From contig JBAQNJ010000001.1 in the NCBI GenBank assembly GCA_049303675.1, positions 747,569 through 811,568 on the forward strand: a stretch of 64,000 bases of DNA, written 5' to 3'. Shown in pieces: positions 10,519-21,836 of this stretch. This stretch comes from Microgenomates group bacterium (GTDB lineage: Bacteria > Patescibacteriota > Microgenomatia > UBA12405). Every line of letters begins with the position of its first letter. The stretch's first letter is position 1. The notes below the pieces were generated by a model, which worked only from the letters and a program-made list of their open reading frames with translations, made no database searches and had not been told where the DNA came from. A program made the translations under genes and the position numbers.

Positions 10519-11450
10519 TATTTTATTAAGATTAACAAACCACCGATCAAACTATTGATAATACCTATCAACCCTCCAAAAGTAGATACCAATAAGATTT
10601 TTTCAGGGCTATGGCCAAGAGGTGCTAGGAAAAATAAAAACAAACTCTCTCTGGCGCCAAACCCTGCAATCGATATCGGCAGCACTAGAGTCAGGGCAAT
10701 CACTGGCACAAAAATAAATATTTGTAATAGGCTAATCCCCGCCCCAAAAATAAGACTATAAAACCAAAAGGGCATCATCCAAAATGGTTCGCCGATAAGT
10801 GATAACAAAAAACAATTCCTAATTCTCCTTCTATTCCCCTTATATAGTATTTCCATCACTTCCACCAATTTGTGCAAAAATTTGAATCGACTGAAATATT
10901 TATTATAAAATCCCTCAAAATCAAAATAAAATACTACCAAAAAAAAGATTATCACTCCTCCAAACAATCCTCCAAACAACCAAAGTAGCATATCGGGGAA
11001 TACATACCCCAAAGCCTTCCCTGACAGCAAGGCCGCAAATCCAATGACCACAAAAGCCGATAGCCCCACCACCCGATCAATGATTACCGATGCTGCCAGT
11101 TTTGTCTTCGACAATTCCGGATAAGTTTTTAAAAGTGGCAACCATTTAATCATGTCCCCAGCAACCGCCGAGGGGAAAAAGAGACTATAAAAACCACCCA
11201 AATAAGTTGCCCTAGTAAAATTCCAATAATCTTTCATGGTAGTTTCCTCCAAAACTAGCCAACTCCACCGCACCCCTCCCATTATCGATGTCAAAATTAC
11301 ATAAAACACCATAGCCACTACAAACCACCATGGCACTGCCGATATTTCCCCCAATATTTTTATTATATCCACCTTTCTAAAGGCTAAAAATATCAACACC
11401 ACCGAAAACAATAGCCTAGTCCATTTCGAGGAAATTAATCTATTAAACAT
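10518..11450 (-). CDS. flippase-like membrane protein (UPF0104), paralog B
   Basis: shares start architecture and WNFTRATYLGGFYSLFFPSAVAGD block with 2697..3611. Confidence 0.6.
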   Translation of the reverse strand: MFNRLISSKWTRLLFSVVLIFLAFRKVDIIKILGEISAVPWWFVVAMVFYVILTSIMGGVRWSWLVLEETTMKDYWNFTRATYLGGFYSLFFPSAVAGDMIKWLPLLKTYPELSKTKLAASVIIDRVVGLSAFVVIGFAALLSGKALGYVFPDMLLWLFGGLFGGVIIFFLVVFYFDFEGFYNKYFSRFKFLHKLVEVMEILYKGNRRRIRNCFLLSLIGEPFWMMPFWFYSLIFGAGISLLQIFIFVPVIALTLVLPISIAGFGARESLFLFFLAPLGHSPEKILLVSTFGGLIGIINSLIGGLLILIK

Positions 11451-11473
11451 ATTCGTAATCTATACTATACCAA

Positions 11474-12580
11474 ATGGCCCATATCTTGCTAGTTACTCAC
11501 ACTTACCCACCGGCCATCGATGGCGGCTCACAAGTGATCTATAAAATTGGTCAATATCTAAAATCTCAAGGACATCAAATAATGGTGTTGTCTAGTAACG
11601 CCACCTCGACCGATGATTTCACCCATTCATACAAACCAGTAAACAGTTATTTACCAGTATATACGGCATTCCATCGTCCACTAAAATTATTTTCTAAAGT
11701 TCTTAGCAAAGGTCCTATTTTCAAATTTATTCCTTTTATCAAGTTTCTCGTTTCCTGTATCCAATTTCATCCTGACTATATTATCTCCGGCCCTCTGCCC
11801 ACTACTTCAGTTTTATATGCCAGTTTTATCAAAAAAATAACTGGTGCCCGCCTGATTATCAACGCTTCTTTCCACCACACTGATCCAGAATTTAGCCAAC
11901 CACTACTTATCAAAGCACTCAATTCCTCTGATTTTATTTGGACCCTCACCAATTTTGAGACTAATTATTTTCATCAGCATTTTAATATTCCTCAATCAAA
12001 ACTAATTAATCTTGGCAATGGCGTTGATAAAGGATTTATAAAGACAAAAATAAAAAATAAAAAATCAAATAAAATTATATTTATTGGGTCTATGGCTGCC
12101 CACAAAGGAATTTTTACTCTTATTGACGCTTTTTCTGAGATCTGCCATCTGAGATCTGACTACTCGTTGACTCTCGCTGGTCAAAAAACTCTCTATTCAC
12201 CAATTATCGAAAACAAAATCAATTCACTTCCAGAATCAATCAAGTCACGTATAAAAATAATCTACAATTTTAAGTCTGAAGAACTGACTAAACTGATAGA
12301 CCGATCAACTGTCCTTGTTTCTCCCTCGACTCAAGAGAGTTTTGGACTAGTCCTGCTCGAAGCTATGGCCCGAGGCGTACCGGTAATTGGTGCCGACATT
12401 CCTGCTTCTATTGAACTAATCACCAAATCCCAAGCTGGTCTAATTTTTCAACAAAACAATGCTTTTGACTTAGCCCAAAAAATATCCCAAATTAGATCCA
12501 ACCAAAATGGTATAACTTTTGCATTAAATCACACATGGGATAAAATAGGGGAGTCGTTATGGCAAAAAATATCTTCGTAA
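11474..12580 (+). CDS. glycosyltransferase family 4 (GT-B)
   Basis: C-terminal E..G.VLLEAMA.G.PVI motif. Confidence 0.8.
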   Translation: MAHILLVTHTYPPAIDGGSQVIYKIGQYLKSQGHQIMVLSSNATSTDDFTHSYKPVNSYLPVYTAFHRPLKLFSKVLSKGPIFKFIPFIKFLVSCIQFHPDYIISGPLPTTSVLYASFIKKITGARLIINASFHHTDPEFSQPLLIKALNSSDFIWTLTNFETNYFHQHFNIPQSKLINLGNGVDKGFIKTKIKNKKSNKIIFIGSMAAHKGIFTLIDAFSEICHLRSDYSLTLAGQKTLYSPIIENKINSLPESIKSRIKIIYNFKSEELTKLIDRSTVLVSPSTQESFGLVLLEAMARGVPVIGADIPASIELITKSQAGLIFQQNNAFDLAQKISQIRSNQNGITFALNHTWDKIGESLWQKISS

Positions 12581-13014
12581 TCATCATTGTCATTTCTTGT
12601 CTGCTCCTCTATAAACTTTTCACGAAATCAACTATCACCAACAATGTAAACATAAAAATCAAAAACGAAAATTACACACTTGAAGTCGCTAAATCTTTAT
12701 CTCAAAAAGCCGCTGGACTAATGAATAGAAGTTCACTTTGTCCCCATTGTGGCATGATTTTTGTCAGTAGTTATCCCAGTCCCCAAATCTTCTGGATGAA
12801 AAACACCCTTATCCCCCTCGATATAATTTTCCTAGACTCTCAGGGTAAAATTATCAATATCGAAGCCGCCCCAGCCCAAGCCAAAACCGCCGATGGCAAT
12901 TATCAATATTTCTCCAGTTCCTCACCCGCCCAATATGTCATTGAATTAAACCTAGGAGATAGTCAAAAGTTAAACCTAACCACCGGTGATCAAATCCCCT
13001 TACCCCAATTTTAG
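12559..13014 (+). CDS. DUF192-family protein (COG1430)
   Basis: signal/TM then GLM..CP..GMIF...PLDIIFLD..GKI pattern. Confidence 0.5.
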   Translation: MAKNIFVIIIVISCLLLYKLFTKSTITNNVNIKIKNENYTLEVAKSLSQKAAGLMNRSSLCPHCGMIFVSSYPSPQIFWMKNTLIPLDIIFLDSQGKIINIEAAPAQAKTADGNYQYFSSSSPAQYVIELNLGDSQKLNLTTGDQIPLPQF

Positions 13015-13822
13015 TATCATCATCCCGCATCACAACGGTCGAGAATTTCTCACTACCTGTCTCAAGTCTGTCAACACTGCTATCAAATTAGTTCCCTATT
13101 CTAAATTCGAAATAATCATTATCGACAACGCTTCTACCGATAATAGTTTGCAAAATATTAAAACAAAAATAATTCATAACCAAAAAAATTTTGGGTTCGC
13201 CAAAGCAGTTAATCAGGGTATATTAGCCGCCAAATATAATTATGTTTGTCTTCTCAACAATGATCTTTTGTTGGACAAAAACTGGTTTAAATATATTGTC
13301 AAAAATATATTAGAGTCTCCGAAGTTCACCACTTTTTGCGGCACAGTTTTGAGTAAAGACGGTTCCAAAATAGAATCTCAGGGCTTGCGCTATTTTATGT
13401 CTGGCCGCTGCGAAAACATCAATAACGGCAAACCTTTTGACTGTTCGCTGATCACTGACCACTCATCACTAGTTTGGGGCAGTTCTGCTGCTGCTGTCAT
13501 CTATAAAAAAGCCGATATTGTTAAAGTTGGCCTATTTGACGAATCATTTTTTGCCTATATCGAAGATGTTGACTTATCCTATCGTCTCAACAAAAATAAA
13601 TACAAAGCCTTACTTATTCCATCAGCCATTTGCTATCACCTCGGTGGCGGTACCTCCAGCAAAATGGGTACTTTACGCCAATACTATACTCTCCGCAATT
13701 GGCTAAAACTAATTGTTAAAAATTATTCAATTTTTGAAATAATCAGGCATTTTCCCAGTATATTAATCGAGCGCCTCCGCAATTTGTCCTATTTATTAAA
13801 ATCCTTGCTAAAATTTAATTGA
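12986..13822 (+). CDS. glycosyltransferase family 2
   Basis: FSIIIPHHN...IIIIDNASTD...LLNNDLLLD. Confidence 0.75.
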   Translation: MIKSPYPNFSIIIPHHNGREFLTTCLKSVNTAIKLVPYSKFEIIIIDNASTDNSLQNIKTKIIHNQKNFGFAKAVNQGILAAKYNYVCLLNNDLLLDKNWFKYIVKNILESPKFTTFCGTVLSKDGSKIESQGLRYFMSGRCENINNGKPFDCSLITDHSSLVWGSSAAAVIYKKADIVKVGLFDESFFAYIEDVDLSYRLNKNKYKALLIPSAICYHLGGGTSSKMGTLRQYYTLRNWLKLIVKNYSIFEIIRHFPSILIERLRNLSYLLKSLLKFN

Positions 13823-14041
13823 ATGCTTAGCTCCACTCCTGATATGTACACTCCTGAAGCAGAAAAACTGTATGATTTATATTTTGATGTTGCAGCCCAA
13901 AAATGGATTGCTCATCCCAAGCCAAAATACTCACCTCACAACCGAATTACTCCCCCAATTGTTAATTATCACGGCAAAGAGCTTAGAATTATTCTAGGCG
14001 ACCCCAAAGGTCCAATTATTCAGGAAATAAAAACCAGATGA
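13823..14041 (+). CDS. hypothetical small protein
   Basis: 72-aa ORF exactly filling the gap between two GT genes. Confidence 0.25.
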   Translation: MLSSTPDMYTPEAEKLYDLYFDVAAQKWIAHPKPKYSPHNRITPPIVNYHGKELRIILGDPKGPIIQEIKTR

Positions 14042-15186
14042 TTATCGGCATCGACGTCTCTTCTGTTCCCTATGGCACCGGTGTTAGTAACTACACTACC
14101 AATTTAGTCCGCTCTCTCGTTACCTTAGACAAAACCAATCAATACAAGTTGTTTTTTTCATCGCTTCGTCAGCCATTGCCATTAGAAATAAGCGAATTAT
14201 CAAAATATTCCCACGTCAAAATTTATCACTTTCGTATTCCTCCTACAATTCTCACTTGGCTCTGGAACGATTTGCATCTACTACCTATTGAGTTGTTTAT
14301 CGGCAACTGTGATGTTTTTCACACTTGGGATTGGACTCAACCCCCGACAAAAAGTGCCAAAACTATTACTACTATTCACGACTTTGTCCCGTTTTTATTT
14401 CCCAGTACCCAACACCCTAAAACAATCTCTACTTTCAAAAAAAAATTATCTCTCGCCGTTGCCGAATGCTCTCACTTTATCTGTGTTTCTCACAATACCC
14501 AAACAGATTTAAATCAACTTTTTCCTCAAATACCCAACTCAAAAGTTTCGGTTATATATGAAGCTGCCGACAAAAAGTATGATCAGTTTGTAAAATTATC
14601 TCCACTCCAAAAGCAAATTAAAATCAAAAAAATTCACCACCTCTATGGATTATCAAATTTTATATTGACCCAAGGTACCCGAGAACCACGTAAAAATTTG
14701 GACCGTCTCATTAAAGCGTTTATCATTTTCAAGAAAAACAATCCCCAATCAAAAGTCGAACTAGCTATATCCGGAAAATATGGCTGGGGTAATGATGTTC
14801 AGCCGCCCGCCGATAATTCAGTCAAAATATTGGGTTTTATCCCCGAAAAAGATATCGTCGCTCTCCATGCTAGTGCCCTTTGTCTGGTAATGCCCTCACT
14901 CTACGAAGGATTTGGACTACCACTTATTAAATCAATGAAAGTCGGTACCCCCGTCATCACCAGCAATTTATCATCTCTGGCAGAAATTGCCGGCAATGCT
15001 GCTTTGCTTGTCAATCCTACTAGCACTAGTGAATTATCAGCCGCAATTGAAAAAATAGTTACTTCCCCCAGTTTTCGTCGAACTCTGGCAAATCGTGGCT
15101 ACCAGCAAGCCTCCAAATTTTCTTGGACTACTGCCGCCAAGCAGACCTTAGCAGTTTACAATAAGGTATATGAAAATCGGGATTGA
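14038..15186 (+). CDS. glycosyltransferase family 4
   Basis: VMPSLYEGFGLPLIKSM..G.PVITS motif. Confidence 0.8.
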   Translation: MIIGIDVSSVPYGTGVSNYTTNLVRSLVTLDKTNQYKLFFSSLRQPLPLEISELSKYSHVKIYHFRIPPTILTWLWNDLHLLPIELFIGNCDVFHTWDWTQPPTKSAKTITTIHDFVPFLFPSTQHPKTISTFKKKLSLAVAECSHFICVSHNTQTDLNQLFPQIPNSKVSVIYEAADKKYDQFVKLSPLQKQIKIKKIHHLYGLSNFILTQGTREPRKNLDRLIKAFIIFKKNNPQSKVELAISGKYGWGNDVQPPADNSVKILGFIPEKDIVALHASALCLVMPSLYEGFGLPLIKSMKVGTPVITSNLSSLAEIAGNAALLVNPTSTSELSAAIEKIVTSPSFRRTLANRGYQQASKFSWTTAAKQTLAVYNKVYENRD

Positions 15187-16231
15187 TGGCAACGAGGCCA
15201 ATATTGAAAATCGGGTTGGAGTCGGCCAATATGCCTACAACATCATTTCGCAACTTCACCAACACGATACCACCAACCATTATTATATTTATCTCAAAAG
15301 CCAGCCCCTAACTGACCTCCCTCCAGAAAATGACCACTGGCATTATATTATTTGTGGTCCCAGCCAGCTCTGGACTCGCTTTGCTCTGCCCCTGAAACTA
15401 TTTACCCAACAAATAAAATTAGATTATTTTTTTAGTCCCAGCCATTATTCACCTCTATTTTCACCCTGTCCCACCATTCCTACAATTCATGATCTAGGCT
15501 ATTTGGACTCCCTAGACCAATTTAACAAAAAAGACATCTACCAACTAGTCAACTGGACTCGACAGTCTATTCAAAAAGCCCATCATATTATAGCCGTTTC
15601 CGAATTTACCAAAAATGAAATCCATCGAATCTACCATATACCCCTAACAAAAATTTCTGTCATCCCCAACGGAGTAGGGGATATTCCCCAATTTTCGACA
15701 CTTGCTCAGAAAAAAGTATTAAAAAAATTCAATATCAACTCACCCTATTTTCTGACCCTTGGTACCCTCAAACCCAATAAAAACATCCCTTTCTTATTAT
15801 CTGCCTTTTCCCAGACTAACGAGAAATTACTAGTTATTGCTGGCAAAAAAGGCTGGCTATTCAACGATATTTTTACTATTGTCAAAAAATTAAAACTCCA
15901 AAAGCGGGTTATCTTCACCGACTATATTACCGAAAATGAAAAGTGGATATTACTCAAAAACGCTACTGCCACTGTTCTGCCTAGTACCTACGAAGGTTTT
16001 GGTATCCCTGCCATCGAAAGTCTCTACTCCGGTACCTCAGTCATCGCCAGTGATATTCCTGCTTATCGGGAAACACTCAGTCATGATGTCACCTATATTG
16101 ATCCCCAAAATCAGACAGATCTAATAGCTGCTCTCAACCAAACCAAATCAAAAAGGTTAGTTGTTGTAGAAAAAAAGTATACCTGGACCAATTCAGCCAA
16201 ATTATTAATTACCCTCTTTTCTAAGATATAA
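15170..16231 (+). CDS. glycosyltransferase family 4
   Basis: [24 protein letters not shown] motif. Confidence 0.8.
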   Translation: MKIGIDGNEANIENRVGVGQYAYNIISQLHQHDTTNHYYIYLKSQPLTDLPPENDHWHYIICGPSQLWTRFALPLKLFTQQIKLDYFFSPSHYSPLFSPCPTIPTIHDLGYLDSLDQFNKKDIYQLVNWTRQSIQKAHHIIAVSEFTKNEIHRIYHIPLTKISVIPNGVGDIPQFSTLAQKKVLKKFNINSPYFLTLGTLKPNKNIPFLLSAFSQTNEKLLVIAGKKGWLFNDIFTIVKKLKLQKRVIFTDYITENEKWILLKNATATVLPSTYEGFGIPAIESLYSGTSVIASDIPAYRETLSHDVTYIDPQNQTDLIAALNQTKSKRLVVVEKKYTWTNSAKLLITLFSKI

Positions 16232-16238
16232 TCAACCT

Positions 16239-16832
16239 ATGAACGAATATGTCGGTCAACCAATCACTCTCAAGAATATTGTTCCCAAATTTTCAAACAG
16301 ACTTATGACTATTTTTCTCGAGTTTTGGCTATATTTTTTAAAATTAGTCGGTCTTATTCCCTTTCACTCAGTTCGTAAATTTTTCTACATTTTGTCTGGT
16401 ATTGACATGCCCCTAGATTCCGCCATTCATATGGGAGCCAATTTTTTTAAGCCATCAGGCATCAAAATTGGTCATGATTCCATTGTTGGTTCCAATGCAT
16501 TTTTAGATGGTCGCGCTCCGCTCAACATTGGGAATCATTCTAGTCTGGCTAGCGAGGTCATGATCTACAACGATGAACACGATATCCATTCTCCCAATTT
16601 CAAAAATTCTTATGGACCAGTCTCTATCGGTGATTATGTCTTTATTGGCCCCAGATCCATTATCTTACCCAATGTCAAAATAGGCAACGGCGCTATCATT
16701 GCCGCTGGTGCAGTTGTTACCAAAGACGTCCCTCCATTTGAAGTTTGGGGAGGTGTCCCCGCTCAGAAAATTTCTAACCGTCAATTAAAAAATCCCCATT
16801 ATACCCTAGGGCGGGTAATGCTCTTCCAATAA
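16239..16832 (+). CDS. hexapeptide-repeat (LbH) sugar O-acetyltransferase
   Basis: repeated [LIV]G..... hexapeptides, WcaF/maltose-acetyltransferase-like C-terminus. Confidence 0.75.
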   Translation: MNEYVGQPITLKNIVPKFSNRLMTIFLEFWLYFLKLVGLIPFHSVRKFFYILSGIDMPLDSAIHMGANFFKPSGIKIGHDSIVGSNAFLDGRAPLNIGNHSSLASEVMIYNDEHDIHSPNFKNSYGPVSIGDYVFIGPRSIILPNVKIGNGAIIAAGAVVTKDVPPFEVWGGVPAQKISNRQLKNPHYTLGRVMLFQ

Positions 16833-16833
16833 A

Positions 16834-17376
16834 ATGAAAAAAATAATTTTCTCTATTATCTTTACCCTAAACATATTTTTTGTTTTTTATCTCATCACCC
16901 CACTTCCCCAAATTCCTGATTTAGCCAATTCCCAAAAATCAGATTTGCCCGGTGACACCACTCAACAAAAAAATATCTCCGGTTATTTTACCAATCTATC
17001 TCGGACCGAAGTTATCACCTTTTACAAGGCCAATCTCAACGGACCATTCCGAATTCAATTAAACCATCCTCCCGAAAAATCCAAACAAATTATCGGTGAC
17101 ACCACCCAAAGTTATTATTTAGAAGAATTTGTTTTTCCTTTTAAGGGTTCTGTCTTTATCAATGGTTTTGACTGGCAAAAAGATGTCTTTACTCGCCCCG
17201 AAAAAAGAATTGCCAACAAACTTTATTATCATGACGTTGAATATCAATCCAAAATAACTGTCAAATCCTTCCCTACCAGCCTACTTCAGAGGATAATCTT
17301 CTTTGTCCTTGGCGAAACGATTCTATTTTTAATATATTTTTCCTATCGTAAATTTGTCATCATGCGTCATGAATAA
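16834..17376 (+). CDS. hypothetical membrane-anchored protein
   Basis: N- and C-terminal TM helices, no recognised domain. Confidence 0.35.
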   Translation: MKKIIFSIIFTLNIFFVFYLITPLPQIPDLANSQKSDLPGDTTQQKNISGYFTNLSRTEVITFYKANLNGPFRIQLNHPPEKSKQIIGDTTQSYYLEEFVFPFKGSVFINGFDWQKDVFTRPEKRIANKLYYHDVEYQSKITVKSFPTSLLQRIIFFVLGETILFLIYFSYRKFVIMRHE

Positions 17377-18262
17377 TCCTCTCCTATCAATTATCATCGT
17401 CAACTGGAACACCGCCGATATTACCGTCAATTGCCTCAAATCAATTCTCACCGACAAGGGTCTCTTAGATATCCCTTTTGAGATAATTCTCGTCGACAAT
17501 GCCTCCACTGACGACAGTGTCAAAAAAGTTAAACAACTCCAGATAAAAAATCTAAAATTAATTCTCAATACCGAAAACTTGGGTTTTGGTAAAGCCAATA
17601 ATCAAGGTATAAATATCGCCCGCGGAAACTATCTGTTACTTCTCAACACCGATACCATCATCCTTCATAGTGCCATTAGCCAATCACTAAATTGGCTCAG
17701 TAGCCATCCCGAAGCCTACGGGTGCACCGCTCAACTATTAAATAAAGACAAATCAATTCAACCCAGCGGTGGTTATTTCCCCAATATTTTCAATCTGACC
17801 ACTTTATTACTCCATCTCGACGATCTCCCTTTTGTCAATCAATTCGTTCATCCTTTTCATCCTCATTCACCCGATTTTTATACTCATGATAACTATTTCC
17901 AAAAAGACCATTCCCAAGATTGGGTCACCGGTGCTTTCATGCTAATTCGCGCCGAAATTATCAAAAAAGTAAGTGGTTTTAACGAAAAATTTTTCATGTA
18001 TGGTGAGGAAGTTGAAATGTGTTATCGGATTCATCTCCAGTACCCTCGTCTCCAACTATGGTACCTTGTTGGTCCCCAAATAATTCACTTAGGGGGTGCC
18101 TCAGCTACCAACCCCTCTCAAGTATTTACTCGGGAATATCTCGGGATTCAAACTTTTTTTCAAATGTATCGACCTGTTTATCAACAAAAAATTATTAACC
18201 TATTAATTTTTATCAATAGTATTTTACAAAAAATCTTAAAATTTATTAGATCTCATGTTTAA
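17354..18262 (+). CDS. glycosyltransferase family 2
   Basis: LSIIIVNWN...ILVDNASTDDS...LLLNTD. Confidence 0.75.
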   Translation: MSSCVMNNPLLSIIIVNWNTADITVNCLKSILTDKGLLDIPFEIILVDNASTDDSVKKVKQLQIKNLKLILNTENLGFGKANNQGINIARGNYLLLLNTDTIILHSAISQSLNWLSSHPEAYGCTAQLLNKDKSIQPSGGYFPNIFNLTTLLLHLDDLPFVNQFVHPFHPHSPDFYTHDNYFQKDHSQDWVTGAFMLIRAEIIKKVSGFNEKFFMYGEEVEMCYRIHLQYPRLQLWYLVGPQIIHLGGASATNPSQVFTREYLGIQTFFQMYRPVYQQKIINLLIFINSILQKILKFIRSHV

Positions 18263-19631
18263 AAAGTTGTCATTTCTTCGACCCATCTTAGCTATTCTCA
18301 TCATCTTTATTCCTCTCTATCCCAAATTCCCCCTTGCCTCGGTTACTGGTACCTATGTCGCCATTCGACTGGATGACATTGTAGTTGCCCTATCTATTTT
18401 AGTCTGGATAATTTATCAACTAAAATCCAAATTTCCTATCTTTAAAGAGCCAGTTACTTTCCTAGTATCAGCCTATTTCTTGGCGATAACTATTAGTTTG
18501 TTAAATGCCATATTAATTTATCAAACCGATCCCTCAAACATTCTTATTTTAAATTTTCTCCGCCGTTTTGAATATATTTCCCTGTTTTTTATCACCACTT
18601 CCACACTCAGTAGTGTCAAAAACTATCGTCCTTATTATATTTTTCTCTCCCTGACCACTATTGGTGTCCTCATTTATGGTTATGGCCAAAAATATCTTCA
18701 ATTCCCTATTGTCTCCACTATGAATTCTGAGTTTAGTAAGGGTCAACTACTCCAAATGGATAATTGGAGCCGAATTAGCTCGACATTCGCCGGACATTAT
18801 GACCTCGCCGCCTTTTTAAGTATTGTCCTAGTAATTATCGGGGGAGTAATTATTGTCCAAAAAAACATTTACCTAAAACTTACCAATATTATTATCTGGT
18901 TGTTTTGTTTCCATCTTTTGACCCTGACTGCTTCACGAGTCTCCATCTTCGCCTTCTATGGCGGTATGATCCTCGCTACAGTCCTCCTCAAAAAATATTG
19001 GTGGATTATCCCCGTCACCTTCTTTTTTGCCCTAAGTATTTTTAACAGTAAGGATCTCAATCAACGCCTCCTAGCGACTATTCCCGCTCTAAAAAAACAA
19101 CTCTTTCCCACCGCTATTCCCACCAAAGTCCCCGTAGTCGTTTTACCCACATCGTCGCCAGTTGTCATCGCCAAAACCACCCCCATTGTTATCAGGGTTA
19201 CTCCTATCCCCACCGTTATTCGTCACGGACCAATCGACGAATACATTCCCATTGATGCCGATGTTGGTGTCGCTCGTTCTGGCGAAATTAGATTCAACGC
19301 TGAGTGGCCTCGGGCAATCACTGCCTTCCGTAAAAATATATTATTTGGTACCGGACTCGGCTCCATCACTCTCGCCACTGACAATGATTACCTTCGATCC
19401 TTAGGGGAAACAGGCGCCATCGGTTTTATTTCCTTTATGGCCATATTTATATATTTTGCCTACATGACTTATCAAAAACAGTCAGCCACCAACTTAGTCT
19501 TTCTGGCCTCGATGGTGACTTTTTTAATCAACGCTACCCTCATTGACGTTTTCGAAGCCTCAAAAACTGCTTATTTATTTTGGATAATGATGGGTTTTTA
19601 TTATCATTCCCTCAAAAATTCAAAACTATGA
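18255..19631 (+). CDS. O-antigen ligase / Wzy_C-family polymerase-like membrane protein
   Basis: polytopic; [17 protein letters not shown] matches the Wzy_C T.SR...........G motif; Pro/Val/Thr-rich periplasmic insert. Confidence 0.55.
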   Translation: MFKKLSFLRPILAILIIFIPLYPKFPLASVTGTYVAIRLDDIVVALSILVWIIYQLKSKFPIFKEPVTFLVSAYFLAITISLLNAILIYQTDPSNILILNFLRRFEYISLFFITTSTLSSVKNYRPYYIFLSLTTIGVLIYGYGQKYLQFPIVSTMNSEFSKGQLLQMDNWSRISSTFAGHYDLAAFLSIVLVIIGGVIIVQKNIYLKLTNIIIWLFCFHLLTLTASRVSIFAFYGGMILATVLLKKYWWIIPVTFFFALSIFNSKDLNQRLLATIPALKKQLFPTAIPTKVPVVVLPTSSPVVIAKTTPIVIRVTPIPTVIRHGPIDEYIPIDADVGVARSGEIRFNAEWPRAITAFRKNILFGTGLGSITLATDNDYLRSLGETGAIGFISFMAIFIYFAYMTYQKQSATNLVFLASMVTFLINATLIDVFEASKTAYLFWIMMGFYYHSLKNSKL

Positions 19632-20362
19632 ATAAAGTCTCACTTATAACTGGGTCTACTTCTGGAATCGGTCTAGCTATTGCCCAAGAACTTCATGCGC
19701 TTGGCCACATTGTTATTCTAAACAGTAACGCAGATATTGATGTTGATTTTATAAAAAATAATTTCAGCAACTCTGATAACATTTCTTTTTTTAAAGCTGA
19801 TATTTCCAATAAAAGTGACCTAGAAAAATTAAAAGATTTCATTAAAGCAAAATACTCTCGTCTGGATTCCCTAGTCACCAATGCTGGTATTATGCCTACC
19901 CCTTGCGGGATTAATGATATTACTGATGAAAATATAGATAACACAATAAATGTAAACCTTAAGGGAACTTTTTGGACTTTGAAAATTTTAGGTAACTTAA
20001 TTAAGGACACTTCAGACAACGGTTCAATAGTTTGCATCTCATCAGTCGATGGATTAATTGGAGAACCTTATGGTGTTATTTACTCAGCCACCAAAGCTGG
20101 AATAATTTCTCTAGCGAAATCGTTTACTCGATATTTTAAGAATTCAAACATTAGAGTAAACGTTGTCACCCCCGGCCTTATAGATACCCCATTATCAAAT
20201 AGTACCGGTGAAAAACCTAGTGACACCACCGACCTGTCAATCATTCAGAGAATTGGTAGACCTAGTGAAGTATCAAGTTTAGTTACTTTTTTGCTATCTG
20301 ATAAAGCTTCATATATTACCGGCCAAGTAATTTCAGTCGATGGGGGATTCACATTAAAATAA
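19628..20362 (+). CDS. SDR-family oxidoreductase (FabG-like)
   Basis: [12 protein letters not shown] Rossmann, NAG, YSATKAG catalytic motif; ATG at 19628 overlaps upstream stop (ATGA). Confidence 0.8.
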   Translation: MNKVSLITGSTSGIGLAIAQELHALGHIVILNSNADIDVDFIKNNFSNSDNISFFKADISNKSDLEKLKDFIKAKYSRLDSLVTNAGIMPTPCGINDITDENIDNTINVNLKGTFWTLKILGNLIKDTSDNGSIVCISSVDGLIGEPYGVIYSATKAGIISLAKSFTRYFKNSNIRVNVVTPGLIDTPLSNSTGEKPSDTTDLSIIQRIGRPSEVSSLVTFLLSDKASYITGQVISVDGGFTLK

Positions 20363-20363
20363 A

Positions 20364-21836
20364 ATGACTAACAGTTGGCCAAGACATTTTTTTGTTATTT
20401 TGATCTTAATGCTTGGATTAGGATTACGACTCATAAATTTTCAACAGCCAATTGCTGATTGGCATTCCTTTAGACAAGTCGACACCGTCTCGGTCACTCG
20501 CTATTTTACCCAGCATGGTTTTGACTTTTTCCATCCCCACTATTATGACATTTCCTCCACCCAATCGGGCCTCGAAAATCCACAGGGGTATCGCATGGTC
20601 GAAGCTCCTATCTACAATACCATTACTCTCTTTGTCCACTATCTCACTCACCAAAGTGTCGAGAATTCATCCCGTCTAGTCTCCATCTTATTATCACTTG
20701 GTAGTGGATTCTTAATATACTTATTTGTCTACAAGACTACTGGGCAATTTTTACCCTCGTTATTTTCTCTGGCTATTTTTATGTTTTTACCTTTTAACAT
20801 TTATTACTCTCGGACAACTTTACCCGAACCTACAGCTGTTTTCTTTATGATGCTCTCACTCTATTTATTCTCTGACTATCTATATATCTCGGCCATATCA
20901 TTGGCCTTAGCCATACTCATTAAGCCGTTCACCGCCATCATTATATTTCCTACACTTGTTACTTTGATTTTTATTCATAAATCATACTTCATAAATCATA
21001 AATCAATTACAAAGTTGGCCACTTTTGCTTTTGTCGCTCTTTTGCCTTTCATCCTCTGGCGTTGGTGGATCTCTCAATTTCCAGAAGGAATACCCGTCAG
21101 CAATTGGCTTCTCAACAATGGTATTACCACCACCTTTCCTACCTGGTGGCACGGCTACAACCTCTCCTTTCTCAACCAAATGATTGCCCTTCGTCCTCAC
21201 TGGTGGTATTGGCTGTTTCAAGACAGACTGGCCAGTCTAATTCTAGGTATCTATGGAATTATTCCCTTATTTTTGGGTTTAGCTTATGTCCGAAAATTCA
21301 GTCAACAAATTTCTCTAAGCCTTGTTGCTGGTATTTTGCTATTTTTCATAATAGTCGCTCAGGGAAATATCCAACATGATTATTATCAAGTATTAATTAT
21401 TCCTTCAATCTCTATTCTAGTTGGGCTTGGTTATTATTACATTTACCTTCTACTTTTCCCCAACTATTTTCTAAAAATATTTATCATACTTTCACTGTTT
21501 TTCCTTTCCATATTTTTTTCATTTGATCGCATCAAAGAATACTACAAAATAAATAATCCTCAGATCGTCAGTCTTGGTCAAGTTATTAAAGAAAAATTAC
21601 CCAATAATAGTTTATTAATTGCTCCCTACAATGGCGACACCACTCTTTTATATTATACCGGTCTCTCGGGTTGGCCCACTGAAATTTATGATTTTGAAAA
21701 AAAAGTGTCCGAGCACCCCACTCAACCGATTTATTTACTATCACTCAACTATGACCAATATACCAACACTCTAATTTCCCAATATCCTACTATAATAAAA
21801 GAAAATAATTATATTATTCTCAAAATTTCCCCATGA
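20364..21836 (+). CDS. GT-C superfamily (PMT_2/ArnT-like) membrane glycosyltransferase
   Basis: 490 aa polytopic, first-loop DWHSFRQVDT motif. Confidence 0.5.
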   Translation: MTNSWPRHFFVILILMLGLGLRLINFQQPIADWHSFRQVDTVSVTRYFTQHGFDFFHPHYYDISSTQSGLENPQGYRMVEAPIYNTITLFVHYLTHQSVENSSRLVSILLSLGSGFLIYLFVYKTTGQFLPSLFSLAIFMFLPFNIYYSRTTLPEPTAVFFMMLSLYLFSDYLYISAISLALAILIKPFTAIIIFPTLVTLIFIHKSYFINHKSITKLATFAFVALLPFILWRWWISQFPEGIPVSNWLLNNGITTTFPTWWHGYNLSFLNQMIALRPHWWYWLFQDRLASLILGIYGIIPLFLGLAYVRKFSQQISLSLVAGILLFFIIVAQGNIQHDYYQVLIIPSISILVGLGYYYIYLLLFPNYFLKIFIILSLFFLSIFFSFDRIKEYYKINNPQIVSLGQVIKEKLPNNSLLIAPYNGDTTLLYYTGLSGWPTEIYDFEKKVSEHPTQPIYLLSLNYDQYTNTLISQYPTIIKENNYIILKISP

